A stretch of 64,000 nt of DNA from Chloroflexota bacterium (GCA_963662335.2 CAXXVD010000001.1:128001-192000); one strand, 5' to 3'. Positions 38,091 through 47,836 are shown, counted from the stretch's first letter. A program made the numbers and translations. The notes: generated by a model from the sequence alone, not told the origin.

Positions 38091-38879
38091 TCACCGGTTC
38101 ATTTCGCGCAGGATGTGCGCCAGTTCGGGTATGAGAATTTCGCTCAGCGCCAGCCGCACCGCGCCGGACGAGCCGGGACAGCAGACTACGAATTTGTTGC
38201 CAATGCGGCCGGCGGTGGCGCGGCTGAGAATGGTGGCGGCGCCGATCTCCTCATAGCTCAGAATGCGGAAGAGTTCGCCAAAGCCCGACAACTCTTTTTC
38301 CAGCAGCGACTGCACGGTCTCCACCGTGATGTCCCGCGTGCCGGGGCCGGTGCCGCCGGTGAGCATCACGAAGCGCGCCCGGCCCGCCAGCATGTGCGTG
38401 AGCGCCTGCGTGATCTGCTGCGCGTCGTTCTTCACCAGCCGGTAGCCCGCAATCTCGTGCCCGGCCTCCCGCAGCATCGACTGGATGAGCGCGCCGGACT
38501 TGTCGTCAAGCTCCGTGCGGGTGTCGCTCACCGTAATTACCGCGCACTCGATGGAGGGAAACTGCCGCGCGCCGGCCTGGCGGTGCTCGTCGGGAGATGA
38601 CGCCGGTGCAGCCTCCCCGTGCCGGTGTTCGTCATGGCCATGCGCGTCGGTCCCGGCCCCATGCTCATGCTCGCCGTGGCCGTGCGCCTCATGCTCTCGC
38701 GCGTGGCCGTGCGCATCGCCGCCCTGCGATGCTGCGTCCTGCGCTCCTGCCCCGTCCGCCTCCGCTTCGTCCGCATCCGCTTCGCACGGCGGCGGCCGGT
38801 GCGGCTGCCGGGCGATTATGGAGCGCCCCTGGTGGTGCTCGTGGTCATGGCCGTGCTCGTGTTTCTGCTCACCGCTCAT
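38091..38879 (-). CDS. moaB: MoaB/MogA molybdenum cofactor biosynthesis protein with His-rich N-terminal extension
   Basis: ITVSDTR, DKSG, TGGTGPGTRDIT.E, GFGELFR, SRATAG, PGS. Confidence 0.88.
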   Translation of the reverse strand: MSGEQKHEHGHDHEHHQGRSIIARQPHRPPPCEADADEAEADGAGAQDAASQGGDAHGHAREHEAHGHGEHEHGAGTDAHGHDEHRHGEAAPASSPDEHRQAGARQFPSIECAVITVSDTRTELDDKSGALIQSMLREAGHEIAGYRLVKNDAQQITQALTHMLAGRARFVMLTGGTGPGTRDITVETVQSLLEKELSGFGELFRILSYEEIGAATILSRATAGRIGNKFVVCCPGSSGAVRLALSEILIPELAHILREMNR

Positions 38880-39021
38880 CTCGCATGTCCTTCCACACAT
38901 TTGGATTTACGTGTCTGGCTTCGTTGTACTAATCGCTGGAGCGCACCACCTATTGTACCGCGTATCACGACCTAAGGGGCTGAAGTGCGGTGCCTTCATC
39001 ACCCTGGCTCCCTCCGTTCCC

Positions 39022-39051
39022 TTGACAGTCCTAAGCGCTTGTGCGTACAAT
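39022..39051 (+). promoter_or_regulatory. Sigma70-type promoter
   Basis: TTGACA-N18-TACAAT. Confidence 0.6.
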
Positions 39052-39106
39052 CAGGGCGTAGCTAGTGTTGTATCAGCACGTCAACAGCGAACTTGGGATA
39101 TTCGTC

Positions 39107-39301
39107 ATGTCTCGCACGGAAGAGCGACTGGCTCGCGTTGAAGCTGGTTTCGAGCACTTGGCAACGAAAGCCGATATTCAGGCCGTGCTTATTCAGATGG
39201 CAGAAATACGTGGCGAGTTTCGCGGAATCAAGTGGACGCTCATAGCGGCTATTGCGCTCGCCGGCCTCGCAGTCGGCATCTTGGCATTCAGCGCCCGGTA
39301 A
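39107..39301 (+). CDS. Small coiled-coil plus C-terminal TM protein (CCDC90/DUF1640-like)
   Basis: HLATKADI motif, IKW followed by a hydrophobic helix. Confidence 0.65.
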   Translation: MSRTEERLARVEAGFEHLATKADIQAVLIQMAEIRGEFRGIKWTLIAAIALAGLAVGILAFSAR

Positions 39302-39330
39302 CGCCAATGAGTCGGTGTGCGCCCGTGCTC

Positions 39331-39927
39331 CTACCCACCTAGCCCCTGCAGAAACGGATTGCCTGCGCGCTCCGCGCCGATTGTGGTTGCTTCGCCGTGG
39401 CCCGGCAGCACGCGGGTGGCATCGGGCAGCGGCAGAATCTTTGCGGCGACAGCCTTCAAGAGCGCCTCGCCGTCGCTGTCGGGAAAGTCGCTTCTGCCGA
39501 CCGAACCGGCAAAGAGCGTATCGCCCGCAAAGAGCACGTCCTCCACGAGGAAACACATCCCGCCCGCCGAATGCCCCGGTGTGTGCAGCGTGCGGATCGT
39601 GAGACTGCCCAACGCCAACTCCTCACCGCCGCCCAGGAGCATGTCCGGCACGATTCCCAACTGTTCCTCCAGCAGCGCCGCGTCGTCCTGGTGCAGCACG
39701 AGGGGCGCGCCGAACCGTTCGCGAAAGAGTTCAGCGCAATCCACGTGGTCGTAATGGCGGTGGGTGAGCAGGACGTAGCGCAACCGCAATTGCCGTTCTT
39801 CTACGCGCGCGAGCAAATCGTCGCTGCCAATGCCGGGATCGATGATGGCCGCGTCGTTCCCGTCCACGTCCCACAGCAGGTAGACGTTGTTGAGCAGCGG
39901 CCCCCGCACGAAGGTCTCCACCTTCAT
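39331..39927 (-). CDS. MBL-fold hydrolase (glyoxalase II-like)
   Basis: THRHYDH, HTPGHS, FAGDTLF, GRSD, PGHG. Confidence 0.92.
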   Translation of the reverse strand: MKVETFVRGPLLNNVYLLWDVDGNDAAIIDPGIGSDDLLARVEERQLRLRYVLLTHRHYDHVDCAELFRERFGAPLVLHQDDAALLEEQLGIVPDMLLGGGEELALGSLTIRTLHTPGHSAGGMCFLVEDVLFAGDTLFAGSVGRSDFPDSDGEALLKAVAAKILPLPDATRVLPGHGEATTIGAERAGNPFLQGLGG

Positions 39928-41078
39928 GAGGCCGGCTCTTTCCCAGCGGCTTCGGCCTTCCCGGCCGGTTCGCCGTCCGCTGACGCAGCCTGCTCCGGCG
40001 CGGACTTGCCGTACGCCTCCGCCAACTGGCCAAACTCGGAACCTGCGGCGGCGCGGCTTGCGCCCACTGGAGCTGCCGGCGGCTCCGGCGACTCAGCCGC
40101 AACTTCAGGCGTCGCCGCTTCTGCGGCAGTCGCCGCGCCATTGCCGTCGCCAGCGCCGGCGGCCTCTGCCGCGCCGTCAGTTGCGGGCGCCGGCTCGGGC
40201 GGCGGTTTGGCAAAGACCAACTCGCACCACGGGTCGCCGGCCGTCAGGTGCGATTCCCACTTCACCTCGGCGGCGCGCTCTTCCAGAAATGCCAGGTCGT
40301 ACGCGCCGCAGGACTGGCAGAGCGCCACGTCGTCGCTCTCGGCAAAGCTGAACGGGCATTGCCGCATCCGCACCCGGTAGTCGCGACCGGTCTCGATGAT
40401 CTGCAGGCTGCCGTTGGGCAGCGCGTTGCGGTGCATGTCCGCCCAGGAGCGCACCAGCGCGGCAATGTCCCCGTCCTGCGCGGCGTTCCGTTCGGCGGCG
40501 CGCGCGCCCAGGTCGCGGTAGATTGCCGCCTGTTCGTTCAGCCATTCGTCGCCCAGCCGCGCCTGCAGGCCGCGCATGAGCCCGGCAAAGAGGTCTTGCT
40601 GCACCGGCGAACCGCCGCCGCCTTGAGCGCCCTGCGGCGTCCACGCCGCGCCGGGTTCACGCGGGCTAGGCCGCGCGGGCGTGGCGGCGGCAACGGCCGG
40701 CGGCGCGGCGGCTTCCGCGCCAATCTGGTCCGGCCGCGTGGCGGCGGCCTCTTTGGCCGTCTGATCGAGGCCCTTCTGTATATCCGCCCCGGCGGTCTTT
40801 ACCTCGCCTTCCACCTCCTCCACGTCCTTCTGCACGTCCTCGGCGGTAGAGCGCACTTCTCCCTGGATTGTGGAGATCTCATTGCGAATGGCGTCGATGT
40901 CGCCCTGCACGTCGCCAAGCTGGTCCTTGAAGGTAGCGATGGCGTCGCGATAGCCGGAACGGAGTTGGCGGATAACCCGGGTGAACTGGCGGATGACGCC
41001 CGGCAGGCGCTCCGGCCCCAGCAGGACCAGGCCCAGCACCAAGATGATCATAAGTTCCGGCAGGCCGATGTCGAACAT
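39924..41078 (-). CDS. tatB: TatB-like protein fused to a Cys-containing C-terminal domain
   Basis: MFDIGLPELMIILVLGLVLLGPERLP; coiled coil; then QCPF..LCQSC..AGDPWCELVF. Confidence 0.75.
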   Translation of the reverse strand: MFDIGLPELMIILVLGLVLLGPERLPGVIRQFTRVIRQLRSGYRDAIATFKDQLGDVQGDIDAIRNEISTIQGEVRSTAEDVQKDVEEVEGEVKTAGADIQKGLDQTAKEAAATRPDQIGAEAAAPPAVAAATPARPSPREPGAAWTPQGAQGGGGSPVQQDLFAGLMRGLQARLGDEWLNEQAAIYRDLGARAAERNAAQDGDIAALVRSWADMHRNALPNGSLQIIETGRDYRVRMRQCPFSFAESDDVALCQSCGAYDLAFLEERAAEVKWESHLTAGDPWCELVFAKPPPEPAPATDGAAEAAGAGDGNGAATAAEAATPEVAAESPEPPAAPVGASRAAAGSEFGQLAEAYGKSAPEQAASADGEPAGKAEAAGKEPAS

Positions 41079-41238
41079 ATCCGCTCTTTCCCTACGGAAG
41101 GCGCGCAAGATTGTTGCGCGGCCCGGTCGACGCCACTTTGCTCTATTCTATCCCGCGCGGCGTGTGGGGGCAAAACTGTACGCCGTTCGCGCCGCACAGT
41201 ATCATGTGCTGAGAGCAAACGAGGAGGGAGTTTGACCG

Positions 41239-41532
41239 ATGGCAGTGCGACAGAGAACGTGGCAACCCGACCTCCGGTGGCGCGCCTTCCGCAAGGAGTT
41301 GCCCAACGATTGGTGCCTGCGCATCAACGAACGCTACACGGTGCCTTTCGCGAACGGCTACGTGCTGCAGATTACCCGCGCCGAACACAATGACGACGGC
41401 TATGAGTGCGCGCTTGAACGCGGCGGGCGCGTGGCCAAGCACCCCGACTTTCCCCATGGGCCGCAGTTGCTCATGGAAGAAGCGGCGGTGGACGCCCTCG
41501 TCGCGAAAGTTGCCGCCTATCCCAGTCGCTAG
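41239..41532 (+). CDS. Hypothetical protein
   Basis: RBS GGAGGGAG, high-GC codon usage. Confidence 0.6.
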   Translation: MAVRQRTWQPDLRWRAFRKELPNDWCLRINERYTVPFANGYVLQITRAEHNDDGYECALERGGRVAKHPDFPHGPQLLMEEAAVDALVAKVAAYPSR

Positions 41533-41622
41533 CGGCCCCGGCGCGCGCGAGCGTGTGCCCACGGTCATGAGATCATCGTAGCCGCTCAGCCGCTGCTTCT
41601 GCGATGCCGAAAGGAACCGTTT

Positions 41623-42687
41623 GTGCCCATCGTCACCGCCGACGCCCTGCGCCGCATTGGCTACGATTTCTTTGCCGCTTTGGGCTGCAATCAAGCAGAC
41701 TCCCGGATCATCACCGACCACCTGGTGCAGTCCAATCTCTACGGCCATGATTCCCACGGCGTGACGCACATGGAACGGTATGCGCGCGCCGTGCGGGAAG
41801 AGCGGCGTGTTGACCCGCGGGCGGCGCCGGAAATCGTGCGTGAACATCCTTGCACGGCGGTGGTGGACGCGCATCACGGCTTCGGCCAGGTGGGCGCGAC
41901 CTTCGCGACCGAACTCTTGCTGCAAAAGGCGCGCCGCTACGGCGTGGCCAGTGTCTCGCTGCGCAATACGAGCCACATTGGCAGGGCGAGCGCCTACCCT
42001 CTCTTGGTAGCGCAGGCCGGCATGATTGGCTTGACGTTCGTCAACGCCGGCCGCATGGGCTTTCAGGTCGCGCCATTCGGCGGCATCGACGGTCGCCTGG
42101 GCACTAATCCGCTGGCCTTTGCCGCGCCCCGCCGCGCCGAAGCGCCCCTCTTCGTGGACATGAGCACTTCCACGGTCGCCGATGGCAAGATCTACCTCGC
42201 CGCCAACCAGGGCAAGCCGGTACCTGAGGGGTGGTTCGTCAATGCGGAGGGCAATCCCAGCACGAACCCGCACGACTACTTTGGCGAACCGCGCGGGGCC
42301 GTGCTCCCGCTGGGCGGCCCCCTGGGACACAAGGGCTTTGCCCTCAGTATCATGATGGAAGTCTGCGGCGGCGGCCTGAGCGGGCAGGGCATGTCCCAGG
42401 GCGACATGCGCGTGAGCAGCAACGGCGTGCTCATGACCGTCTACGCCATCGACCGGTTCACGACGCCGGATGCCTTCTATGACGAGGTTGAAGCCCTGGT
42501 GCGGCACGTCAAGTCGAGCCGCACCGCGCCCGGCGTGGACGAAGTCCTGGCGCCCGGCGAACCGGAATACCGCGCCGAGCGCGAGCGCGCGCAAACGGGC
42601 ATCCCAATCGACAATACCACTTGGGAAAAGCTCTGCGAGGCGGCGGCAAACATGGGCCTGGAGCCAGGGGCTTGGGAATTGTCCTAG
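41623..42687 (+). CDS. Ldh_2 (malate/L-lactate/ureidoglycolate dehydrogenase) family oxidoreductase, copy 1
   Basis: GHDSHGV, GFGQ, HIGR, GTNP, DMST, GHKG, PGE. Confidence 0.92.
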   Translation: MPIVTADALRRIGYDFFAALGCNQADSRIITDHLVQSNLYGHDSHGVTHMERYARAVREERRVDPRAAPEIVREHPCTAVVDAHHGFGQVGATFATELLLQKARRYGVASVSLRNTSHIGRASAYPLLVAQAGMIGLTFVNAGRMGFQVAPFGGIDGRLGTNPLAFAAPRRAEAPLFVDMSTSTVADGKIYLAANQGKPVPEGWFVNAEGNPSTNPHDYFGEPRGAVLPLGGPLGHKGFALSIMMEVCGGGLSGQGMSQGDMRVSSNGVLMTVYAIDRFTTPDAFYDEVEALVRHVKSSRTAPGVDEVLAPGEPEYRAERERAQTGIPIDNTTWEKLCEAAANMGLEPGAWELS

Positions 42688-42788
42688 CGTGTCGTCTTGC
42701 GCCCACGCGCGCTACCCCGCAACCAATAGAAGTCAAGACCGATTCCCTTGCTCAGATTTAGCTTGAGCAACGCCGAAAGGAGCCGTTC

Positions 42789-43853
42789 GTGCCTACCGTT
42801 ACCGCCGGCGCGCTGCGCCGCATTGGCTGCGCCTTCTTCACCGCTCTGGGTTGCCGCCCCGGCGACGCGGAAATCATCACCGACCACCTGGTGCAGTCCA
42901 ACCTCTACGGCCACGACTCACACGGCGTGGTGCGCATGGAGCAGTATTGGCGCGCCGCGCGGGAGGAGCGCGTCGTCGATCCGCAGGCGCAACCGGAAGT
43001 CGTGCGCGAGCATCCCGGCACGGCGGTGGTGGACGCGCACCACGGCTTCGGCCAGGTGGGGGCCGTTTTCGCGACGCAACTCCTGATCGAGAAGGCGCGC
43101 AAGCACGGCATCGCCAGCGTCTCGCTGCGCAACACCAGCCACGTCGGCAGGGTGGGGGAATACCCGCGCCTGGCGGCGGAGGCCGGGCTGATTGGACTGA
43201 TCTTCGTCAATGCCGGACGGCTGGGCTTTCAGGTGGCCCCCTTTGGCGGCATCGACGGCCGCCTGGGCACAAATCCTCTCGCCTTTGCCGCGCCCCGCCG
43301 GGACGCGCCGCCTTTCTTCGTGGACATGACCACCTCAACCGTCGCCGACGGCAAGATCAAGGTGGCCGCCAATCAGGGCAAGCCGCTGCCGGCAGGGTGG
43401 ATCGTCGATTCCGAAGGCAATCCCAGCACCGATCCCAGCGACTACTGGGACGAGCCGCGCGGCGCGGTGCTGCCGCTGGGCGGCCCGCTGGGGCACAAAG
43501 GCACCGCGCTGAGCATGATGAGCGAGATCTGCGGCGGCGGCCTGAGCGGGCAGGGCATGTCCCAAGGCGACATGCGCGTGGATAGCAACGGCGTGCACAT
43601 GACGGCCTACGACATTGCGCAATTCGTGGAGCCGGAGTTCTTCTATGATGAGATTGATACGCTCATCAGCCACGTGAAGACCAGCCGCCCCCGGCCCGGT
43701 GTGGAAGAGGTGCTGGTTGCCAGCGAGCCGGAATACCGCGCGGAACGGGAGCGCGCGCGCACGGGCATTCCCATCGACGAAACCACGTGGGAGAAGCTTT
43801 GCGCCGCGGCCCGCGATCTGGGCCTGGAACCAAACACCTGGAGTCTCGACTAA
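42789..43853 (+). CDS. Ldh_2 family oxidoreductase, copy 2
   Basis: Same motifs as copy 1. Confidence 0.92.
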   Translation: MPTVTAGALRRIGCAFFTALGCRPGDAEIITDHLVQSNLYGHDSHGVVRMEQYWRAAREERVVDPQAQPEVVREHPGTAVVDAHHGFGQVGAVFATQLLIEKARKHGIASVSLRNTSHVGRVGEYPRLAAEAGLIGLIFVNAGRLGFQVAPFGGIDGRLGTNPLAFAAPRRDAPPFFVDMTTSTVADGKIKVAANQGKPLPAGWIVDSEGNPSTDPSDYWDEPRGAVLPLGGPLGHKGTALSMMSEICGGGLSGQGMSQGDMRVDSNGVHMTAYDIAQFVEPEFFYDEIDTLISHVKTSRPRPGVEEVLVASEPEYRAERERARTGIPIDETTWEKLCAAARDLGLEPNTWSLD

Positions 43854-43876
43854 CCTGTTGACGAAGGGATTGCGCC

Positions 43877-44938
43877 GTGCCTACGCTCACCGCCGACGCC
43901 TTGCGCCGCATCGGCCGCGAATTCTTCACCGCTCTCGGTTGTCGCCCGCAGGACGCCGCGACCGTGGCCGACCACCTGGTCCAATCCAACCTCTTCGGCC
44001 ATGAATCCCACGGCGCGCTGCGCATGTATGAGTATGCGCGCGCCGTGAGCGAAGGGCGCATCATTCCCGGCAGCACGCCCGCCATCGTGAGCGAACACGA
44101 TTGCGCCGCGGTGATTGACGCCAACGACGGCTTTGGCCACGTGGGCGCGACCCTGGCCGCGCAGATGGCGATCGAAAAGGCCTGGCGGCATGGCGTGGCC
44201 AGCGTTGCCCTGCGGCGGGCCAGCCACATCGGCCGCGCCGGGGCCTATCCCACCATGATTGCCGAAGCCGGCCTGATTGGCGTGGCGTTCGTAAATTTCG
44301 GTCGCCTGGGCATCCAGGTAGCGCCGTTTGGCGGCATCGACGGCCGCCTGGCCACGAATCCGCTGGCGTTCGCCGCGCCCCGCCGGGCCGACCGGCCCAT
44401 CATGGTGGACATGACCACGAGCACCGTCGCCGACGGCAAGATTCGCGTTGCCACCAATCTCGGCCAGCCGCTGCCGGAAGGCTGGATCATCGACGCGGCG
44501 GGCAATCCCAGCACGAACCCGCAAGACTACTGGGACGAGCCGCGCGGCGCGATTCTGCCGCTGGGCGGCCCGCTCGGCCACAAAGGCTACGCGCTGAGCA
44601 TGATGGTCGAACTCCTGGCCGGGGGCCTCAGCGGCCAGGGCATGGCCGCCGGCGATCCGCGTTCACCCGCCAATGCCGCGCTTTTCACCGCTTACGACAT
44701 TGGGCACTTCGGCGACTTGGAGGAATACTACGACGAGGTGGAAGCCCTGGTGCGCCACGTCAAGAGCAGCCGCACCGCGCCCGGCGTCGCGGAGATACTC
44801 GCGCCCGGCGAACCGGAATTCCGCACTGAGCGGGCGCGCTTGAGGACGGGCATCCACATCGACGAGACGACGTGGGAGAAGATCTGCGCCGCGGCCCGGG
44901 AACTGGGACTGGCGCCAGAGGGTTGGCAATTCTCCTAG
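43877..44938 (+). CDS. Ldh_2 family oxidoreductase, copy 3
   Basis: Same motifs as copy 1. Confidence 0.92.
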   Translation: MPTLTADALRRIGREFFTALGCRPQDAATVADHLVQSNLFGHESHGALRMYEYARAVSEGRIIPGSTPAIVSEHDCAAVIDANDGFGHVGATLAAQMAIEKAWRHGVASVALRRASHIGRAGAYPTMIAEAGLIGVAFVNFGRLGIQVAPFGGIDGRLATNPLAFAAPRRADRPIMVDMTTSTVADGKIRVATNLGQPLPEGWIIDAAGNPSTNPQDYWDEPRGAILPLGGPLGHKGYALSMMVELLAGGLSGQGMAAGDPRSPANAALFTAYDIGHFGDLEEYYDEVEALVRHVKSSRTAPGVAEILAPGEPEFRTERARLRTGIHIDETTWEKICAAARELGLAPEGWQFS

Positions 44939-44972
44939 CGTGACACCGGCTTAAGACCGGCGGTGCGCGCCT

Positions 44973-45884
44973 TCACGGCGTGGCCTCGGCGGCAATCGCA
45001 TTGATCTCCCGCATTTGGTCGGGGGTCAGTTCCCAATCGCCCGCGCCCAGCCAGCCGTCCACCTGGGCGGGACTCTTGGCGCCGACGAGCGCCGTCGTCA
45101 TGGCCGGATGCGCCAGCACCCAGGCCACGTCGAGTTCGATGAGCGTGTGGCCGTGATCGGCGGCGTAGGCGGCGAGTTTCTTGGCCATGCGAATCGTGCG
45201 CCGGAATTGCGCGCCGGTGAACCGCTCGTTCCGGCTGCGGATGTCGTCCGCGCCAAAGACGTGGTCTTCCGCGTAACTGCCGGTGAGCAGCCCTTGGCCC
45301 AGCGGCGCGTAGGCCAGCACGCCGATGCCCTGCGCCTGGCAGAACGGCAGGACGTCCGCCTCGATTTCGCGGTCGAGCAGATTGTAACGCGGCTGCTGTG
45401 AGTCCACGTGCCGCACCTCCAAGCACGCCTGCATCTGCGCTACGGAGAAGTTGGAGACGCCCGCGTAACGCACCTTGCCCTGCGCGATCAAATCATCGAT
45501 GGCCGTCATGCTCTCGCCGAAGTCCATCTCATCGCTCGGCCAGTGGATCTGGTAGAGGTCGATGTAGTCGGTGTGTAGATGCCGCAGGCTGCGCTCGGCG
45601 GCGGCCAGCAGGTCGGCGCGGCGCCAGTTGTCGGGCAAGACCTTGGTGGCGATGAATACCTCGCCGCGCCGGTCGCCAACCGCCTTGGCGACAAGCTCCT
45701 CGGAGAGGCCGAAACCGTACGCCTCCGCCGTATCGATCAGGGTCACGCCGCCGTCCACCGCCCGCCGGATTGCCGTAACCGCGTCCCGCTCCGCCACCGG
45801 CCCCAGCTTGCCCGCAATCGGCCACGCCCCAAAGCCCAGCACCGAAACCGCCGGGCCGTTCTTGCCTAGTTTTCGTGTGCGCAC
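44973..45884 (-). CDS. Aldo/keto reductase
   Basis: IDTAEAYG, IATK, IDLYQIHWP, GVSNF, YNLL, YAPL; RBS AGGAGG before GTG 45884. Confidence 0.93.
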   Translation of the reverse strand: MRTRKLGKNGPAVSVLGFGAWPIAGKLGPVAERDAVTAIRRAVDGGVTLIDTAEAYGFGLSEELVAKAVGDRRGEVFIATKVLPDNWRRADLLAAAERSLRHLHTDYIDLYQIHWPSDEMDFGESMTAIDDLIAQGKVRYAGVSNFSVAQMQACLEVRHVDSQQPRYNLLDREIEADVLPFCQAQGIGVLAYAPLGQGLLTGSYAEDHVFGADDIRSRNERFTGAQFRRTIRMAKKLAAYAADHGHTLIELDVAWVLAHPAMTTALVGAKSPAQVDGWLGAGDWELTPDQMREINAIAAEATP

Positions 45885-46128
45885 GCTGTTTCCTCCTGCC
45901 AATATGTGTTTCTGTTAGCTTACCGCAAATTGGACGAAAGCATAGAGCGTCCAACTGGAATGATGTCCAAGCGTTTCATGTCTGTCGCATTCCAGATTTT
46001 CCTAATTCGCAGCGAGCCGGTCCAGAGCGCAAAGCAAAATACAGGATGATGTGCGCGCCCATGGGAAGCGAAGAACAAGATGCTACCGTCAGCCGGTTAA
46101 GTGCGGAACTTCCGGCTTGCAGGCTATC

Positions 46129-46437
46129 CTATTGGGAAGGGGCTAACCGTGGTTCCGCTAGGCCAAGACGCCGTATGATAGGCGCAGCCTCCTCGAACTT
46201 GCGCAGCAGCAAGCGGTACTGGGATTGCTGCAATTGGCTCAATTCATGGGCGCGAAACGCGCGCTCCAAGCTCTCCATCCGCGCCAGCGCCTCGTCCCAT
46301 TCGAGGAGAAACGCAGCCTGATGATCATCGAGCATCTGCGGCCACTCGCCTTTGACATCGGGCAGACCGTCAATCTCGGCCGCAATGGCGCTCAATTTGA
46401 GGTCCATCCGCTCGCTTTCTGTGGCCTGCACAGCCAT
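46129..46437 (-). CDS. Hypothetical helical protein
   Basis: 102-aa ORF with GGAGAG upstream, in a lower-GC gap. Confidence 0.55.
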   Translation of the reverse strand: MAVQATESERMDLKLSAIAAEIDGLPDVKGEWPQMLDDHQAAFLLEWDEALARMESLERAFRAHELSQLQQSQYRLLLRKFEEAAPIIRRLGLAEPRLAPSQ

Positions 46438-46615
46438 CGTTGCTCTCTCCGACCGGACCGATCCAAGTAGTCAAGACCTGCTTCAAGCTGAAACGCGGTA
46501 GCAAAGCCGAACAAAAAGGGAAACCTATAAACGGAAACTAGCCATGACGAGTAGTGGGCGGCCGAAACCGTGGGTCACAGCCGCCCACCATCTGTTGGCC
46601 CAAATTCCAGGCGCT

Positions 46616-47836
46616 CTACAACTGCCGCAGCGCGATGCCGTGGTAGTCCACCTTTGGCGGCTCTTCGCCCTCCATCGCCTCCGGTTCGAGTAGAATTTGC
46701 ACGATTTCCCGGGTCTCGACGGCTACGACGACGACTCCCGGCGATTCCCCTTCCGCGGGCATTACTCCCGAGCCGCCCGCGCCGCGCAGGAGAATGAACG
46801 CAAAGACGCCGTCCGGCGAGATAGCCAGCAAGTCCGGGGCCTCACCCACGAAGGGTATCCGCTCCTTGAACTCGTCGGTCGCCGTGTCGAAGATCGCCAC
46901 GTTGCCGGTCCAGCGGTTGGTGACCCACAACTCGGAGCCGTCCGGGGTCAGCGCCATGCCGTGGGAGTCCGCTCCCCGCGTCGAGTCCTGGGAGAGGAGC
47001 TCGTGGGTTGCCGTGTCGAACACGTAGACGAAACTCGTCGAGTCCTTGGCGCCGCCGTTGATGTACATCTTGCTGCCGTCGGGGGAGAGCACACCCATCA
47101 GATTCGCCCGCACCTCGCTCGGCGGGTACGCCTTGACCACCGTGTATGACTCCATGTCTACGATGACAAGACCGCCGTCCTTGAGCGCCGGGCCAAGCGT
47201 CACATAGGCGTAGCGCCCGTCCCGCGTAAAGGCGGCCGAGATCGGATTGGCCTTCGGCGGCGCATCGTCGGTCGCGCCAAACTCGGCGGCGCGGGCCTGC
47301 ACGGCCGGATCGTCGGCGATTTTCAGCGTCCGGCCAATCGAAAACGTCTCCGCGGCGTGGTCCGCCAGGATTTCTACCAACTCCCCGGTACCGATTGCCG
47401 ACGTGAGAATGCGGCCGTCGTCCGGCGAAATGTCCGCGGCGTGGCTCTTGGCGCCGGTGTCGAACGTGGCGATTACCTTGCGGTCCTCGGCGCGAACCAC
47501 TGCCGTGTTGCCGGAACCAGTGCTCGCGATCCAGGCGTACTTGTAATCGCTGGTGAAGTTGATCCAGTGTGTGGTCTTAAGGCCCGCGGGCGAGAAGTCA
47601 ATCGACTCGACCGGTTCGAGCTGCGGGTTGATCACGTGCAGCATGTTATTTCTCTGGTCCATAGCCCACACTTCGTAATTGGCCGTGGATACGGGCAGCG
47701 CCTGTTCGGCCTCCTCCGCTACCTGGCTTGGCACGCTGACCGTGCCGCAGGCGGCCGCAAGGGCGGCCAGCACGGGAATGCTGCCCGCCGCGCCTATGAA
47801 TCTTCGCCGGCTTAGCGTTCTCGACTGCTTGGACAT
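46616..47836 (-). CDS. YncE/YVTN-like beta-propeller Tat lipoprotein
   Basis: SRRRFI twin-arginine signal, LAAAC, repeated SPDG/TPDG blades. Confidence 0.82.
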   Translation of the reverse strand: MSKQSRTLSRRRFIGAAGSIPVLAALAAACGTVSVPSQVAEEAEQALPVSTANYEVWAMDQRNNMLHVINPQLEPVESIDFSPAGLKTTHWINFTSDYKYAWIASTGSGNTAVVRAEDRKVIATFDTGAKSHAADISPDDGRILTSAIGTGELVEILADHAAETFSIGRTLKIADDPAVQARAAEFGATDDAPPKANPISAAFTRDGRYAYVTLGPALKDGGLVIVDMESYTVVKAYPPSEVRANLMGVLSPDGSKMYINGGAKDSTSFVYVFDTATHELLSQDSTRGADSHGMALTPDGSELWVTNRWTGNVAIFDTATDEFKERIPFVGEAPDLLAISPDGVFAFILLRGAGGSGVMPAEGESPGVVVVAVETREIVQILLEPEAMEGEEPPKVDYHGIALRQL

